Source: Candidatus Omnitrophota bacterium
GTDB lineage: Bacteria; Omnitrophota; Gorgyraeia; B26-G9
Reading direction: 5' to 3'
DNA: 64,000 nt
Assembly (NCBI GenBank): GCA_018817165.1
Contig: JAHITY010000070.1
Span: forward strand, 363 to 64,362
Part shown: piece by piece, positions 8,710-18,312 of the stretch
Layout of the letters: each line of letters begins with the position of its first letter
Numbering within the stretch: position 1 is the first letter of the stretch
Program-made: the position numbers and the translations under genes
The notes under the pieces: generated by a model
The model's database searches: none
Seen by the model: the letters and a program-made list of their open reading frames with translations, nothing else
Told to the model about the DNA's origin: nothing

Positions 8710-9423
8710 GTGAAAATTAAAGTGATTTTTAATACTAATGCGGTATCAAATCAATTTTCCACAGGTTGGGGGCTGTCCTGCTTAATAAATAACACTATTT
8801 TATTTGATACCGGGGAAAATGGCGAGGGGTTATTGCGGAATATCGCTTTGCTTAATATTGATATCGCCGCGATAAGATCGGTGGTAATTTCGCATGAGCA
8901 TTGGGATCATATTGGAGGATTGTGGAAATTACTTGAACAAGGAAGCGGGATTAAGGTGTATGCTTGTCCTGGTTTTAGTCAAGGGTTTAAAGAAAAAGTT
9001 GAGAGTTTTAAAGGTATTTTGCTGGAATCAGATAAGTTCAGCCAGATTGAGGAAAACATTTTTCTCACTGGAGAAATCGCGGGAACTTATAAGGGGGAAT
9101 ATCTGGCGGAACAGGCTTTAGTTATAAAAACCGAAAAAGGATTAAATGTTATTACTGGATGCTCTCATCCGGGAATTATTAATATATTAGAAAGGATTAA
9201 ACAAGATTTTCCTCAGGATGTGATTTATTCAGTATTTGGCGGGTTTCATCTTAAAGATAAAGATAGCGCGTGTATTCAAAAGATAGCGGAAAAATTTATA
9301 GAGCTGAAGATTAAAAGAATTGGCGCGACTCATTGCAGCGGGCAGGAAGCGGAAAGCTTATTTGAAAAGTTGTATAAAACTAACTTTATCTCCGGAGAAG
9401 TCGGGAGTGAATTTGAGCTTTAA
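8710..9423 (+). CDS. MBL-fold metallo-hydrolase
   Basis: HEHWDHIGG (HxHxDH) motif. GTG start after a GGGGAAAG RBS. Confidence 0.7.
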   Translation: MKIKVIFNTNAVSNQFSTGWGLSCLINNTILFDTGENGEGLLRNIALLNIDIAAIRSVVISHEHWDHIGGLWKLLEQGSGIKVYACPGFSQGFKEKVESFKGILLESDKFSQIEENIFLTGEIAGTYKGEYLAEQALVIKTEKGLNVITGCSHPGIINILERIKQDFPQDVIYSVFGGFHLKDKDSACIQKIAEKFIELKIKRIGATHCSGQEAESLFEKLYKTNFISGEVGSEFEL

Positions 9424-9689
9424 AGATAAGCGGGCAATTTAGCTGTATATGCAACCTGCTTAATCAACAGATAATAAGCTGCCCCAAGAGGTTCTTAAGG
9501 ATATTTCTGGTAGGTTGCGCATAAATTTTATGTACTTATTATTTATTTAGGGGCAGGATATTATAGAGGGTGGTTGTTTGATGGTTAATAAATGACTATA
9601 TCGGTTGGGCTATTTTTTAGAACTTCCGAGAGAGATTTAATTCTTGTGCAAATATAGCGGCGATTACTTTTTGGGGTGAAAAAAACATA

Positions 9690-9718
9690 TTGACAAATAA
9701 TTACATTGTACTATTATA
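9690..9718 (+). promoter_or_regulatory. sigma70-type promoter upstream of the kamA-like gene
   Basis: TTGACA, 16-17 nt spacer, TATTAT. Confidence 0.5.
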
Positions 9719-9782
9719 CATACGAATAAACATGATTTTAACTTATTTCTAAACAGTATCTTTGGAAGGAGACACGCTGTTC

Positions 9783-10967
9783 ATGGAAAGACAAAGCCTA
9801 AATGGTGGAGACGCGGAGAATGATAAACCTCCAGACTCTTGCAGTAACAGCAGTGAATGTTCGAATAAAAATAATTGTAACAATAATTTGGTAGTTACTG
9901 TTGAACCAAAACCGCTTCCCAAAAAGTTGATAGCGACGGCTGATCAATTGGCCAAGTTTATTAATTTTGATGCAACAACTCGCAAAGCTTTGACCGAGAT
10001 TATCAAACAATATCACATGTTAATTCCTCCTTACTATTTTTCTTTAATTAAAGACCCTAATGATGAAAATGATCCGATTCGCAAGCAATGTGTTCCCGCG
10101 CTTGAGGAGTTGTTTTCTAATTCTATGGAAAGAGAAGATCCTTTAGGGGAGAAAGAGACATCTGTTACTAATATATTAGTGCATCGTTATCCGGATAGAG
10201 TTCTTTTGATTTCCACATCGCGTTGTTTTATGTATTGTCGTCATTGTACGCGCAAACGTTTATGGCAGAATAATGATGTTGAGCCGACTCTCGCGGAAAT
10301 TCATTCTTCTTTGGATTATGTCAGAGAACATAAAGAAATAAGGGAAATTATTATTTCCGGCGGGGATCCTTTAACTCTTAACCAGGAACGTCTTGATTGG
10401 ATTCTGGAACAGGCGAGCAATATTGAACATATTCAGTCAATTCGTATCGGCACGAGGACCCCGGTGGTTTTTCCGGAAAGAATAACCAAAGGTTTGTGCC
10501 GAATGCTGGGTAAATATGATAAGCTTTGGATCAATCTCCAGTTTAATCATCCGCGGGAAATAACCCCGGAATCCACAGCCGCTTGTCAGCTGCTCCAAAA
10601 AAGCGGTATTCCTTTAAGCAATCAGAGTGTTTTGTTAAAAGGAATTAATGATTCGGTGGAAGTAATGAAAGAACTTTGTCAAAAACTTCAGGCGATCAGG
10701 GTTAGACCGTATTATATTTTTCAATGCGATGAAGTAATTGGGGCATCACATTTTCGGACATCAATATTTAAGGGCATTGAAATTATCGAACATTTACGCG
10801 GGCATACTAGCGGAATGTGTGTTCCGAGATTTGTGGTCGATGGTCCAAATGGTAAGGGAAAGATTCCTTTAGACCCCCAATATTTGCTGAGCATGACGCC
10901 GGATAAAGTGGTTTTGAGAAATTACAATAATGAAGTATTTGAATATCATAATCCGCAGAGTGAGTAG
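9783..10967 (+). CDS. kamA: Lysine 2,3-aminomutase (KamA/AblA family radical-SAM enzyme)
   Basis: CFMYCRHCTRKR signature (CxxxCxxC of the KamA family), with a Cys/Ser/Asn-rich low-complexity N-terminus. Start at the ATG at 9783 after a GGAAGGAG RBS. Confidence 0.85.
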   Translation: MERQSLNGGDAENDKPPDSCSNSSECSNKNNCNNNLVVTVEPKPLPKKLIATADQLAKFINFDATTRKALTEIIKQYHMLIPPYYFSLIKDPNDENDPIRKQCVPALEELFSNSMEREDPLGEKETSVTNILVHRYPDRVLLISTSRCFMYCRHCTRKRLWQNNDVEPTLAEIHSSLDYVREHKEIREIIISGGDPLTLNQERLDWILEQASNIEHIQSIRIGTRTPVVFPERITKGLCRMLGKYDKLWINLQFNHPREITPESTAACQLLQKSGIPLSNQSVLLKGINDSVEVMKELCQKLQAIRVRPYYIFQCDEVIGASHFRTSIFKGIEIIEHLRGHTSGMCVPRFVVDGPNGKGKIPLDPQYLLSMTPDKVVLRNYNNEVFEYHNPQSE

Positions 10968-11035
10968 AACAGCGCTTCGCGCTTAGCCTATAGCTCTTAG
11001 CTCATGGCAAAAGCAAAAAAGCAGAGAACAGAGAG
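10968..11035. repeat. Intergenic repeat family R4, copy a
   Basis: Palindrome AGCGCTTCGCGCT, 8-mer reiterations TAGCTC(A/T)T, then GGCAAAAGCAAAAAAGCAGA. Copies at 56901 and 58644. Confidence 0.65.
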
Positions 11036-11049
11036 TAGGAAAAGAGCTG

Positions 11050-11178
11050 GTAAAGGGTAAGCGGTGACGAAGCCCGTATCGGCAACGTTAACGGTTACGG
11101 TTAAAAATAAATAAATTCTAAGCCGGTAGACTTTACCTTAAGACGAAACGGGCATCGTAACCTTAACCTTTACCGAGT
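11050..11178. repeat. ~125-nt structured element R3, copy a (long imperfect hairpin, MITE-like)
   Basis: Outer arms GGTAAAGGGTAAG / CTTAACCTTTACC. Inner arms CGAAGCCCGTATCGG / CGAAACGGGCATCG (13 of 15 bp complementary). Second copy at 63236-63360. Confidence 0.65.
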
Positions 11179-11217
11179 GTCAACTATATTAGAATAAGAT
11201 AAATTAGAAGAAGGATA

Positions 11218-12234
11218 TTGATGGAAACACCGTTTAAAAATAAGCTTCGCGCGGGAATATGTTTTAATCTGAAAAGAGAAACAAACAGCGATTCGGACGA
11301 AGAATATGATGAAATAGAAACCATAGAATTTTTGCAGAAGCGGCTGGAAAATTTAGGCTTTGAAGTAATTCTTGCCGAACAAGACCAGGATTTGTTTGCC
11401 AAGCTTAATGGTAATAAACTGGATTTTGTGTTGAATATCGCTGAAGGCAAGGGTAAGACCCGCAGTCGGGAATCGCAAGTTCCCTGTTTGCTGGAATGGC
11501 TGAATATCCCTTATTATGGTTCTGACCCTGCTGCTTTGGCTTTGACCTTGGATAAATGGCTTAACTATATTGTTTTAAAAAATTCCTCGATTCCTGTTCC
11601 GCGAATGTATACAATTTCTGATCTCCAGCAACTACAAAGCCTGTCGATTCCATTTGACGGCCGTAAATATATTATCAAGCCGCGGTGGGAAGGGTCGTCC
11701 AAAGGTATTTTTGATGATTCGGTAATCAGTTCAATGGATAAATGTCGAGATAAAGTAAATTTTATTTTAACTGAATATCATCAGCCGGCTTTGGTGGAAG
11801 AGTTTGTGGAAAACGAAGAAATCACTGTTGGCTTGTGCGGTAATCAGGAACTTGAAATTTTGGGAATGATGAAGATCTCGCAAAATCAGCAAAAAGAGAC
11901 TTTCGTTTATTCCATAGAAAATAAGCGGGATTGGCAGGCGAAAATAAAATATGAACGCGCGGAAGAAGTTATTGCGGACAAGACCTTAAAACTGCTGCGC
12001 CAATATGCTATGGCCGCGTTTAAGGTGCTTGGCTTGGCTGATGTGGCGCGCATTGATTTTCGGGTTGACAATCAAGGGGTGCCGAAAATAATTGATGTAA
12101 ACCCCTTGCCAGGTCTTTCTCCTAAGTATAGTGACCTGATGCTGATCTCCCAGTTACATAATAAGAAATTTGTTGATGTGGTTGATAAGATTTTAAACAT
12201 ATCCTTAAAAAGGAATAATATTCATACATTGTGA
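11218..12234 (+). CDS. ATP-grasp ligase, D-alanine--D-alanine ligase-like
   Basis: Ddl-like N-domain (VPCLLEWLNIPYYGSDPAALALTLDK) and ATP-grasp core (IKPRWEGSSKGI). Confidence 0.7.
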   Translation: MMETPFKNKLRAGICFNLKRETNSDSDEEYDEIETIEFLQKRLENLGFEVILAEQDQDLFAKLNGNKLDFVLNIAEGKGKTRSRESQVPCLLEWLNIPYYGSDPAALALTLDKWLNYIVLKNSSIPVPRMYTISDLQQLQSLSIPFDGRKYIIKPRWEGSSKGIFDDSVISSMDKCRDKVNFILTEYHQPALVEEFVENEEITVGLCGNQELEILGMMKISQNQQKETFVYSIENKRDWQAKIKYERAEEVIADKTLKLLRQYAMAAFKVLGLADVARIDFRVDNQGVPKIIDVNPLPGLSPKYSDLMLISQLHNKKFVDVVDKILNISLKRNNIHTL

Positions 12235-13217
12235 AAGTCCTGATAGCGATTGCCCGCGAAAATAATGCCAGACAAGATAATGCCGACGCTTCGCGCTGCG
12301 CAAAGTCGATAAAAACAGCTTTGTCAGCAAAAAACATAGCTGCGGATTTGTTTTTTGTCGAGCCGGGAGATTTTTTAAAATCTGAGAAAAATTTAATAAA
12401 GAAAATAAAAGATTTAAACCCTGACTGCGTATTTAATTTGTTTGAAGGCTTTAGTTATGACGCGCAAAGGGAAATTGACTTTGCTTGTATTTTGGAGAAA
12501 ACTGGGATTGTGTTTACCGGAAATACGAGTAAGGTCTTGCAGCAATGTTTGGACAAAAACCTGTGCAAAAATCTTTTGATAAAAGCGGGTTTGCCGGTGC
12601 CAGCTGGTATTTGTCTTAAGCCGGGAGAAGGCTTGAGTTCAAGTAAGCTTAAATTGCCGGTGTTTATTAAACCGTGTTGTGAAGATGCCAGCGTAGGGAT
12701 CGATAAAGATTCTTTGGTTTCTAATCAGGAAGATCTAAATAAAATTATAAATTTAAAACTGCAGAAGCATCCAGAAGGTTTGATTATCGAAGAATTTCTC
12801 TCCGGCAATGAATATAATGTATCGTTTATTGGGCAGCCGCCTTATGAAATGTTGGGAATTTCAGTTATGGATTATTCCAAAGTCGATGCGCAAAAGCCGT
12901 TTATGAGTTATGAAGCAAAATGGGAGGAGAAAAGCCCGGATTTTAATAAGTTGATTCCGCGAGTGATTAAGCGAAAGCAATATGGCGATTTAGAAAAACA
13001 GATCACTAATCTATGTGTTCAAGCAGCCCAAAAAATCGGATGTGCCGGGTATTTTAGAGTAGATTTGAGGCAAGGGAATAATAAGGTTTTTATAATTGAT
13101 ATTAATCCTAATCCGGATATAAATAATGACAGTGGTTTTTCCCGGCAGGCATATTCCGCGGGTTATACATATGAAGAAATTATTTTTAAAATAGTTAGTT
13201 TGACTGTGGGTAAATAA
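12231..13217 (+). CDS. Second ATP-grasp ligase (Ddl-like), GTG start overlapping the upstream stop
   Basis: FEGFSYDAQREIDFACILEKTGIVFTGN..., VFIKPCCEDASVGI. Translationally coupled (GTGA overlap). Confidence 0.65.
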   Translation: MKVLIAIARENNARQDNADASRCAKSIKTALSAKNIAADLFFVEPGDFLKSEKNLIKKIKDLNPDCVFNLFEGFSYDAQREIDFACILEKTGIVFTGNTSKVLQQCLDKNLCKNLLIKAGLPVPAGICLKPGEGLSSSKLKLPVFIKPCCEDASVGIDKDSLVSNQEDLNKIINLKLQKHPEGLIIEEFLSGNEYNVSFIGQPPYEMLGISVMDYSKVDAQKPFMSYEAKWEEKSPDFNKLIPRVIKRKQYGDLEKQITNLCVQAAQKIGCAGYFRVDLRQGNNKVFIIDINPNPDINNDSGFSRQAYSAGYTYEEIIFKIVSLTVGK

Positions 13218-13241
13218 GCCCGATTGAAGCTGGAGAATCGT

Positions 13242-13709
13242 ATGAAATATGAGATAAAGCAGTATTTAAAAATAACTAAGAGCACCGAGGTTTTTAATCA
13301 AGGTGACATTGAGATTTTAAAAGAACTATTAGAAGATCTGCAGCACAATAAAAAAACATCCTATAGCTTAATAGAAGAGGCCGTTGATGGGAAATTAGCT
13401 GGATTTACCTTGTTTGGCCGCACACCTTTAACTGAATTTGCCTGGGATATTTATTGGTTGATTGTGGGTAAGGAATTTCAAGGCCAGGGGATTGGTAAAG
13501 CGCTGCTTAAAAAAACAGAAGACCTTATTAAATTGAAAACTCCTATAGCAACGATCAGGCTGGAAACATCTTCCAGGGAGAAATATTCCGCGGCGCGGGG
13601 TTTATATAAAAGATTGAAATTTGAGGAAGTAGGGACGCTGTCGAATTTTTATGCTGAAGGCGATGATATGATTATTTTTTATAAAGATATCCATTGTTTG
13701 GAAAAATAA
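13242..13709 (+). CDS. GNAT family N-acetyltransferase
   Basis: Acetyl-CoA-binding motif QGQGIGKALL. ATG after a GGAG RBS. Confidence 0.75.
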   Translation: MKYEIKQYLKITKSTEVFNQGDIEILKELLEDLQHNKKTSYSLIEEAVDGKLAGFTLFGRTPLTEFAWDIYWLIVGKEFQGQGIGKALLKKTEDLIKLKTPIATIRLETSSREKYSAARGLYKRLKFEEVGTLSNFYAEGDDMIIFYKDIHCLEK

Positions 13710-13887
13710 ACTTACTGTTTTATCTGGATGAAAGAGTTAATAGCTAAAAGGCGGATTGACAAGCAGGATAAGAAGCATATAATATAAGATAATCCAAAAA
13801 AGGAGACTGTGGTTAATATTACAGTCTCCTTTCTTAATTAGATAAAACTTTAATCAGAGATTAATTATTAAAATAAAGGTGATAAAT

Positions 13888-15543
13888 ATGTTAAGGCCGA
13901 AATTAGTGGATGCATTGCAAAATTATTCTTGGAAACAATTTAAAAATGATTTTATTTCTGGACTTATCGTGGGGATTGTGGCTTTACCTTTAGCCATTGC
14001 TTTTGCTATTGCTTCAGGCGTTTCTCCGGAAAAAGGCTTGCTTACCGCGGTGATAGCTGGATTTATTATTTCGGCTTTTGGCGGCAGCCGGGTTCAGATC
14101 GGCGGCCCTACTGGCGCCTTTGTGGTAATTGTTTATAGTATTATTCAGCAGTATGGAATAGAAGGCTTGACGATCGCGACGATGCTGGCGGGGATTATGC
14201 TGATCGCCTTTGGTTTGGCGCGGTTTGGCGGATTAATAAAGTTTATTCCTTATCCGGTAATAATCGGCTTTACCTCCGGAATCGCGGTTATAATTTTTTC
14301 AGCGCAAATAAAAGATCTGTTTGGTTTAGACATGGGCACAGTTCCTCCTGATTTTTTTGATAAATGGAAGTTGTTGTTTGCCCATTTTAATACAATTAAT
14401 TTTTCGGCTTTAAGTCTTTCCGCGGTGACCATAGTCATTATCCTGGGTTTTCAAAAAATAACAAAAAAAATTCCCGGATCATTGGTCGCGATTATTTTTA
14501 CAACCTTAATTGTTCAAGCATTTAATATCCCGGTGCAAACAATTGGCGATCGGTTCGGGATAATTTCCTGCAATTTTCCATTTCCTAAATTTCCTAATAT
14601 GGATTGGCATCTTGTTCAGCAAATGTTTCGGCCGGCATTCACAATCGCTATTCTGGCAGGGATTGAATCGCTTTTATCAGCAGTTGTCGCTGATGGGATG
14701 ATTGGCGGTAAACATCGTTCGAATATGGAACTAATTGCCCAAGGAATGGCAAATATTGCCTCTGCTTTGTTTGGCGGCATTCCCGCTACAGGGGCGATAG
14801 CCCGTACTGCGACTAATGTGCATAATGGGGGGCGTACTCCGATCGCGGGGATTGTCCACGCGATAGTTTTACTTCTGATCATGATTTTTCTCGGTAAATG
14901 GGCGTCTTTAATTCCCTTGGCAACTTTAGCCGGGATTTTAGTGATTGTTTCTTATCGAATGGGCGAATGGCATTCTTTTGCGATGATTTTAAAATCACCG
15001 CGCAGTGATGTGTTTGTTTTAATCACCACATTTCTTTTAACGATAATTTTTGATTTAACTGTTGCGATTGAGGCAGGAATTGTTTTGGCGGCATTATTGC
15101 TTATTCGGCGCTTATCAGCATCAGATAGTATCCATCAAATTCAAGGGGTTTATGTTGATGAAGAAGACAGGGATGATCCTGACGCCTTAAATCGCAAAGT
15201 TATTCCCAAGGAAGTGGAAGTCTATGAAATTAACGGCCCCTTCTTTTTTGGCACGGTTTCGACTTTTGTTGAGACGATGAATGATATTGAAAAAAACCCT
15301 ATGGTAAGAATATTAAGAATGCGCCATGTCTCCAGTATCGATGCCACGGCAATAAATGCTTTGCGCCAGGTTATTCGTGAATCTACAAAAAAACAGATAA
15401 TTATGGTTTTGTCAGGAATCAGCGCGCACTTGCTGGTTAAATTGGAAAAAGCCGAGATCATTGCTTTAGTCGGCAAAGATAATGTTGCGGTTAATATTGA
15501 TAAAGCTTTGCAGCGCGCCGCGGAGATTATAGCAAACAGATAA
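13888..15543 (+). CDS. SulP/SLC26 family anion (sulfate) permease with C-terminal STAS domain
   Basis: Multiple TM helices, conserved SulP N-terminal motif (FKNDFISGLIVGIVALPLAIAFA), C-terminal STAS-like region. Confidence 0.85.
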   Translation: MLRPKLVDALQNYSWKQFKNDFISGLIVGIVALPLAIAFAIASGVSPEKGLLTAVIAGFIISAFGGSRVQIGGPTGAFVVIVYSIIQQYGIEGLTIATMLAGIMLIAFGLARFGGLIKFIPYPVIIGFTSGIAVIIFSAQIKDLFGLDMGTVPPDFFDKWKLLFAHFNTINFSALSLSAVTIVIILGFQKITKKIPGSLVAIIFTTLIVQAFNIPVQTIGDRFGIISCNFPFPKFPNMDWHLVQQMFRPAFTIAILAGIESLLSAVVADGMIGGKHRSNMELIAQGMANIASALFGGIPATGAIARTATNVHNGGRTPIAGIVHAIVLLLIMIFLGKWASLIPLATLAGILVIVSYRMGEWHSFAMILKSPRSDVFVLITTFLLTIIFDLTVAIEAGIVLAALLLIRRLSASDSIHQIQGVYVDEEDRDDPDALNRKVIPKEVEVYEINGPFFFGTVSTFVETMNDIEKNPMVRILRMRHVSSIDATAINALRQVIRESTKKQIIMVLSGISAHLLVKLEKAEIIALVGKDNVAVNIDKALQRAAEIIANR

Positions 15544-15609
15544 TATCAGGTTTTAAATGCGGGCAAGATGATTCTTTTTAAGCGAATCCTTGCCCGTAAT
15601 TTTTAAGTA

Positions 15610-15638
15610 TTGACAAAAGGGAAAATAAAGGATATAAA
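15610..15638 (+). promoter_or_regulatory. sigma70-type promoter of rex
   Basis: TTGACA, 17-nt spacer, TATAAA. Confidence 0.55.
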
Positions 15639-15672
15639 TATATCGATATAAATATATCGATATATTTATATC
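15631..15672 (+). promoter_or_regulatory. Palindromic 14-mer array overlapping the rex -10 and start site (candidate operator)
   Basis: GATATAAATATATC, GATATAAATATATC, GATATATTTATATC. Units 2 and 3 form a perfect 28-bp palindrome. Confidence 0.55.
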
Positions 15673-15698
15673 TAAAGAAGAAAATTTCAGGAGTAATC

Positions 15699-16346
15699 AT
15701 GCTTAAGAAAATAAAAAGTTTTTCAGTTCCAACATTGCGAAGGCTGCCGCTTTATTTAAAAATAGCCAGAAGAGAGCAATCTGCCGGAAAATTAATTATT
15801 TCATGCTCGGATATTGCTCGAGAATGCCGGTTGGATCCTATTTTGGTGCGTAAAGATATTGCTTCTACCGGAGTTGTCGGACAGGCTCGCTGCGGTTTTC
15901 CGATTGATAAACTGATAGAAGCTGTGGAGATATTTTTAGGATGGAGAGGCGGTAAGGACGCGTTTCTGGTGGGTGTTGGACATTTAGGCGCAGCTCTTTT
16001 GAAATATGAAAAGTTTCAGGAGCATGGGCTTATGATCATTGCGGCCTTTGATATCGACAAACAAAAGACAAAACAGAAAATCGGGAATATTCCTGTTTTT
16101 TTAATCAGCAAACTTCCTGATTTGGCCAAGCGCATGCGTGTGCCAATAGGGATTATTACTGTAAACGCGGATACAGCGCAGGATATTGCGGATATAATGG
16201 TTGATGCGGGGATAAAAGCTATTTGGAATTTTGCTCCGATAGTCTTGAAAGTCCCAGAATCTATTTTAGTGGAAAATGTATCTCTTTCAGCAAGTTTAGG
16301 CGTGCTGACAAGCCAGTTGAATCGGCAGAAAGATAGTGATGAATAA
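15699..16346 (+). CDS. rex: Redox-sensing transcriptional repressor Rex
   Basis: N-terminal winged helix (TLRRLPLYLKI), Rossmann GVGHLGAAL, IAAFDID, and the C-terminal AGIKAIWNFAP motif. Confidence 0.9.
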   Translation: MLKKIKSFSVPTLRRLPLYLKIARREQSAGKLIISCSDIARECRLDPILVRKDIASTGVVGQARCGFPIDKLIEAVEIFLGWRGGKDAFLVGVGHLGAALLKYEKFQEHGLMIIAAFDIDKQKTKQKIGNIPVFLISKLPDLAKRMRVPIGIITVNADTAQDIADIMVDAGIKAIWNFAPIVLKVPESILVENVSLSASLGVLTSQLNRQKDSDE

Positions 16347-16587
16347 AAAGATTGAAATAGAGATTTGTATGGGTAGTTCTTGTTTTGCCCGGGGCAATAA
16401 CTTGACGGTCATAAATATACAGCAAATCATTAAAGAGCGTAACTGGGAGTTTTGTGTTGTGGTTAAGGGAGTATTGTGTCAAGGGCTTTGTAAGCAGGGG
16501 CCGACACTCAAAGTCAATGGAATAACATACAATCATATCGATACGGCATCCTTAGTGGATATAATAGAAGAAGAGGTAAAACGATGA
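16336..16587 (+). CDS. Thioredoxin-like [2Fe-2S] ferredoxin (NuoE/HoxE-like small subunit)
   Basis: Cys pattern CMGSSC...CQGLC. Coupled to rex and hydS. Confidence 0.6.
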   Translation: MMNKKIEIEICMGSSCFARGNNLTVINIQQIIKERNWEFCVVVKGVLCQGLCKQGPTLKVNGITYNHIDTASLVDIIEEEVKR

Positions 16588-18308
16588 ATCCGTTTAATCC
16601 GATTTATACAGAAAAAACAGAATGTCAGGATTGTTATAAATGTGTTAGAGAATGTCCGGTAAAAGCTATACAGGTAAAAGACGGCCATGCTGAAGTTATT
16701 GATGCGGACTGTATTTTGTGCGGACATTGCGTTACTGTTTGTCCGATGCAGGCAAAGAAGGTTCGATTTGATCTTGAGCGGGTCAAACAATTATTATTGC
16801 GAAAAGAAAAAGTTATTGTTTCTTTGGCGCCATCATATAAAAGTGAGTTTCTCGGAGTCAGCGAAAGCCAAATGATCTCGGCCCTCAAAAAATTAGGGTT
16901 TTACGCGGTATCGGAAACAGCTCTGGGGGCTCAGATTGTTTCAGCGCATGTTGCTGAAATTATTGAGCAAAAAGGCCCGGGAGTGTATATTTCTTCAGCC
17001 TGTCCGGTAGTAGTCGACTATATAAAAAAGTATAAAACAGAGCATGTCGAGGATGTATTAGAAGTTTTTTCTCCGGTACTTGCGCATTGCCAATACCTTC
17101 GGCAAATCCATGGAAAAGATTGTCGGATTGTATTTATTTCGCCTTGTATCGCTAAGAAAAAAGAAGCGGACACCTATGCTGATTTATTGAATGTCGCGCT
17201 TACTTTTAAAGATCTTCGGGAATGGCTAATTGCGGAAAATATCGCGCCGGAAACAATGCCGAATAAGAAAAAAGATCAATTTTTTCCGCATAAATCTTTA
17301 GAGGGGGCTTTATATCCTGTGGACGGAGGGATGATCGCGGGGATCAAGGCTGTTATGGATAAACCGGATAATGTTTTTTTTATGGCAGTATCGGGAATGC
17401 AAAATATTACTCAGACATTAACCGATATTGAGGTTTTGAAAAATAAACGGCCTATTTTTTTAGAAACCCTTGCTTGTGAAGGAGGCTGTATTAATGGCCC
17501 GACAGTTAAACAGCGTGCGGCTACTGGGGTTAAAAGGTATACAGTTATTCAGAGCTGTGATTATCATAATCAGAAAATAGAGCGTAATTTATTGATACCT
17601 GATATTACAATGCCGATTGAGCCTTGTAAAAAGTTTTTGTCTGAATTTTCGGATGAGCAAGTGCGTGAAGTATTAAATCAGCTGGGTAAATATACGGATC
17701 ATGATGAGCTAAATTGCAGCGGTTGCGGTTATGATTCATGCAAAGATCTGGTTCAGGCATATCTCAATGGCCGCGCGGAAAAGACGATGTGTGTTTCTTA
17801 TATGCGAAAGTTAGCCCAGAAAAAAGCCAGCGCATTATTGAGTGCTATGCCCTCAGGAGTTGTGATTGTAAACAGTAAATGTCAAGTCATTGAATGTAAT
17901 CGGCAGTTCGCGCAGCTTATGGGTGATGATTTGGTTAAAATATATGATGATTTGGGAAATTTAGACAGCGCTAATATAAATAAGATCACTCCTTTCGGCA
18001 GTCTTTTTCAGCGAGTTTTAGAAAGCGAAGCGGATATTATTAATCGAGAATATCGGGGAGTGAATATAATTTATCATATTTCAATTTTCACTATTGAACC
18101 GAAAACAATTGTGGGCGGGATTATCCAGGATATTACAAAGCCGGCGGGGCAAAAAGAGCATATTGTCCGAAAATCACAGGAAGTCATCAAAAAGCAATTA
18201 GCTACGGTACAAAAAATAGCATATCTGCTGGGTGAAAACGCGGCAGAATCTGAAGTCTTGCTTGATTCGATCATCAAATCCTTTACCTTAGAAAAAGCGG
18301 ACGAGTGA
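16584..18308 (+). CDS. Sensory-type [FeFe]-hydrogenase-like protein with C-terminal PAS domain (HydS/HfsB-like)
   Basis: N-terminal 2x[4Fe-4S] motifs (CQDCYKCVRECP, CILCGHCVTVCP). H-cluster-like motifs with a degenerate L1 (SSACPVVV rather than TSCCP), FISPCIAKKKEA, LACEGGCINGP. PAS-like C-terminus. Confidence 0.75.
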   Translation: MNPFNPIYTEKTECQDCYKCVRECPVKAIQVKDGHAEVIDADCILCGHCVTVCPMQAKKVRFDLERVKQLLLRKEKVIVSLAPSYKSEFLGVSESQMISALKKLGFYAVSETALGAQIVSAHVAEIIEQKGPGVYISSACPVVVDYIKKYKTEHVEDVLEVFSPVLAHCQYLRQIHGKDCRIVFISPCIAKKKEADTYADLLNVALTFKDLREWLIAENIAPETMPNKKKDQFFPHKSLEGALYPVDGGMIAGIKAVMDKPDNVFFMAVSGMQNITQTLTDIEVLKNKRPIFLETLACEGGCINGPTVKQRAATGVKRYTVIQSCDYHNQKIERNLLIPDITMPIEPCKKFLSEFSDEQVREVLNQLGKYTDHDELNCSGCGYDSCKDLVQAYLNGRAEKTMCVSYMRKLAQKKASALLSAMPSGVVIVNSKCQVIECNRQFAQLMGDDLVKIYDDLGNLDSANINKITPFGSLFQRVLESEADIINREYRGVNIIYHISIFTIEPKTIVGGIIQDITKPAGQKEHIVRKSQEVIKKQLATVQKIAYLLGENAAESEVLLDSIIKSFTLEKADE

Positions 18309-18312
18309 TTTT

